DNA of 60,166 nucleotides from NCBI GenBank assembly GCA_050287845.1, contig JBNKCR010000027.1, positions 1-60,166 on the forward strand, read 5' to 3'. The first letter of the stretch is position 1. Every line of letters starts with the position of its first letter. Below are positions 59,762 to 60,166 of the stretch, one piece after another. Below the pieces are notes generated by a model, which ran no database searches, was not told the origin of the DNA, and saw nothing but the letters and a program-made list of their open reading frames with translations. Origin of the DNA: Polyangia bacterium. Its GTDB lineage: Bacteria; Myxococcota_A; Polyangia; JAAYKL01. A program made the position numbers and the translations under genes.

Positions 59762-60166
59762 ATGGTGACGCAACGGATAGAATGTCGCATTATCAGTATG
59801 TTATGGTATTGCAGATTACGCAGCACCAAATACAGTTGTTGCAGATTGCAATCGTTTTTTGCAAATTGCACGATTGGGTGTTTCATGATGAAACAGGAGA
59901 GCCTCCATGTGAGCAATAGTGATTGTTGTTCGTCAATGTCGGGGTCCCACAGAATGTTTTTTCTATCCACTTCACGAAATGAGTTTTGTCCGGGCTCAAG
60001 GAAATTTACATTTTTTATTTCAGACATGAGCTATTCGAGGTGTTCTGAATCGTTGTGTTTAAGCGGTTTCTAAAAGCTGTGCAAAAAGAATTACCCCGGT
60101 ATTTGTGCAGTAAAGCGACAATTTGAGGGAAAAGTGGTGAAGATACAGGAAAAATACCCCAGCTCA

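Noticed and set aside
59728..60073. ORFs at the right edge
   Set aside because: They overlap promoter/UAS sequence and have no recognisable motifs

Overview
Bacterial chromosomal window. Gene content suggests a deltaproteobacterial/Myxococcota-like organism (inference): Asp-Thr/Asp-Ser-repeat lipoproteins, a MYXO-CTERM-like tail, an ECF sigma/ActD-like/caspase module, PEGA/TPR proteins, an HdrD-like Fe-S protein and sigma54 promoters. It has three parts. (1) 1-35.6 kb: core and cell-surface genes. The standout is 9095-10729(-), a radical SAM/SPASM enzyme resembling tyramine-excising spliceases (PlpX clan). It is fused in frame to a lipoprotein-like tail with eight X-Tyr-Gly repeats, each with a different X residue, so it may be a self-modifying, multi-warhead ketoamide system. 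(2) 35.8-44.3 kb: accessory region with a RAYT transposase and its repeats, then an AT-richer attC cassette array with no integrase in the window. The array holds two toxin-antitoxin pairs, GrpB, VOC and a HEPN-like/Zn-ribbon gene. It is interrupted by three group II intron 3' fragments, an inverted recombinase-remnant element with a nested MITE, and an ISAzo13-like scar. (3) 44.7-60 kb: TonB/ABC metal uptake with a NikR-like operator, a TsaA-FmdE fusion, and two convergent sigma54 NifX/DUF5320 operons (one gene has an in-frame TGA) flanking a tandem kinase-like gene and pckG. No rRNA, tRNA or CRISPR array was seen. All family calls come from motif recognition by eye, not database searches.
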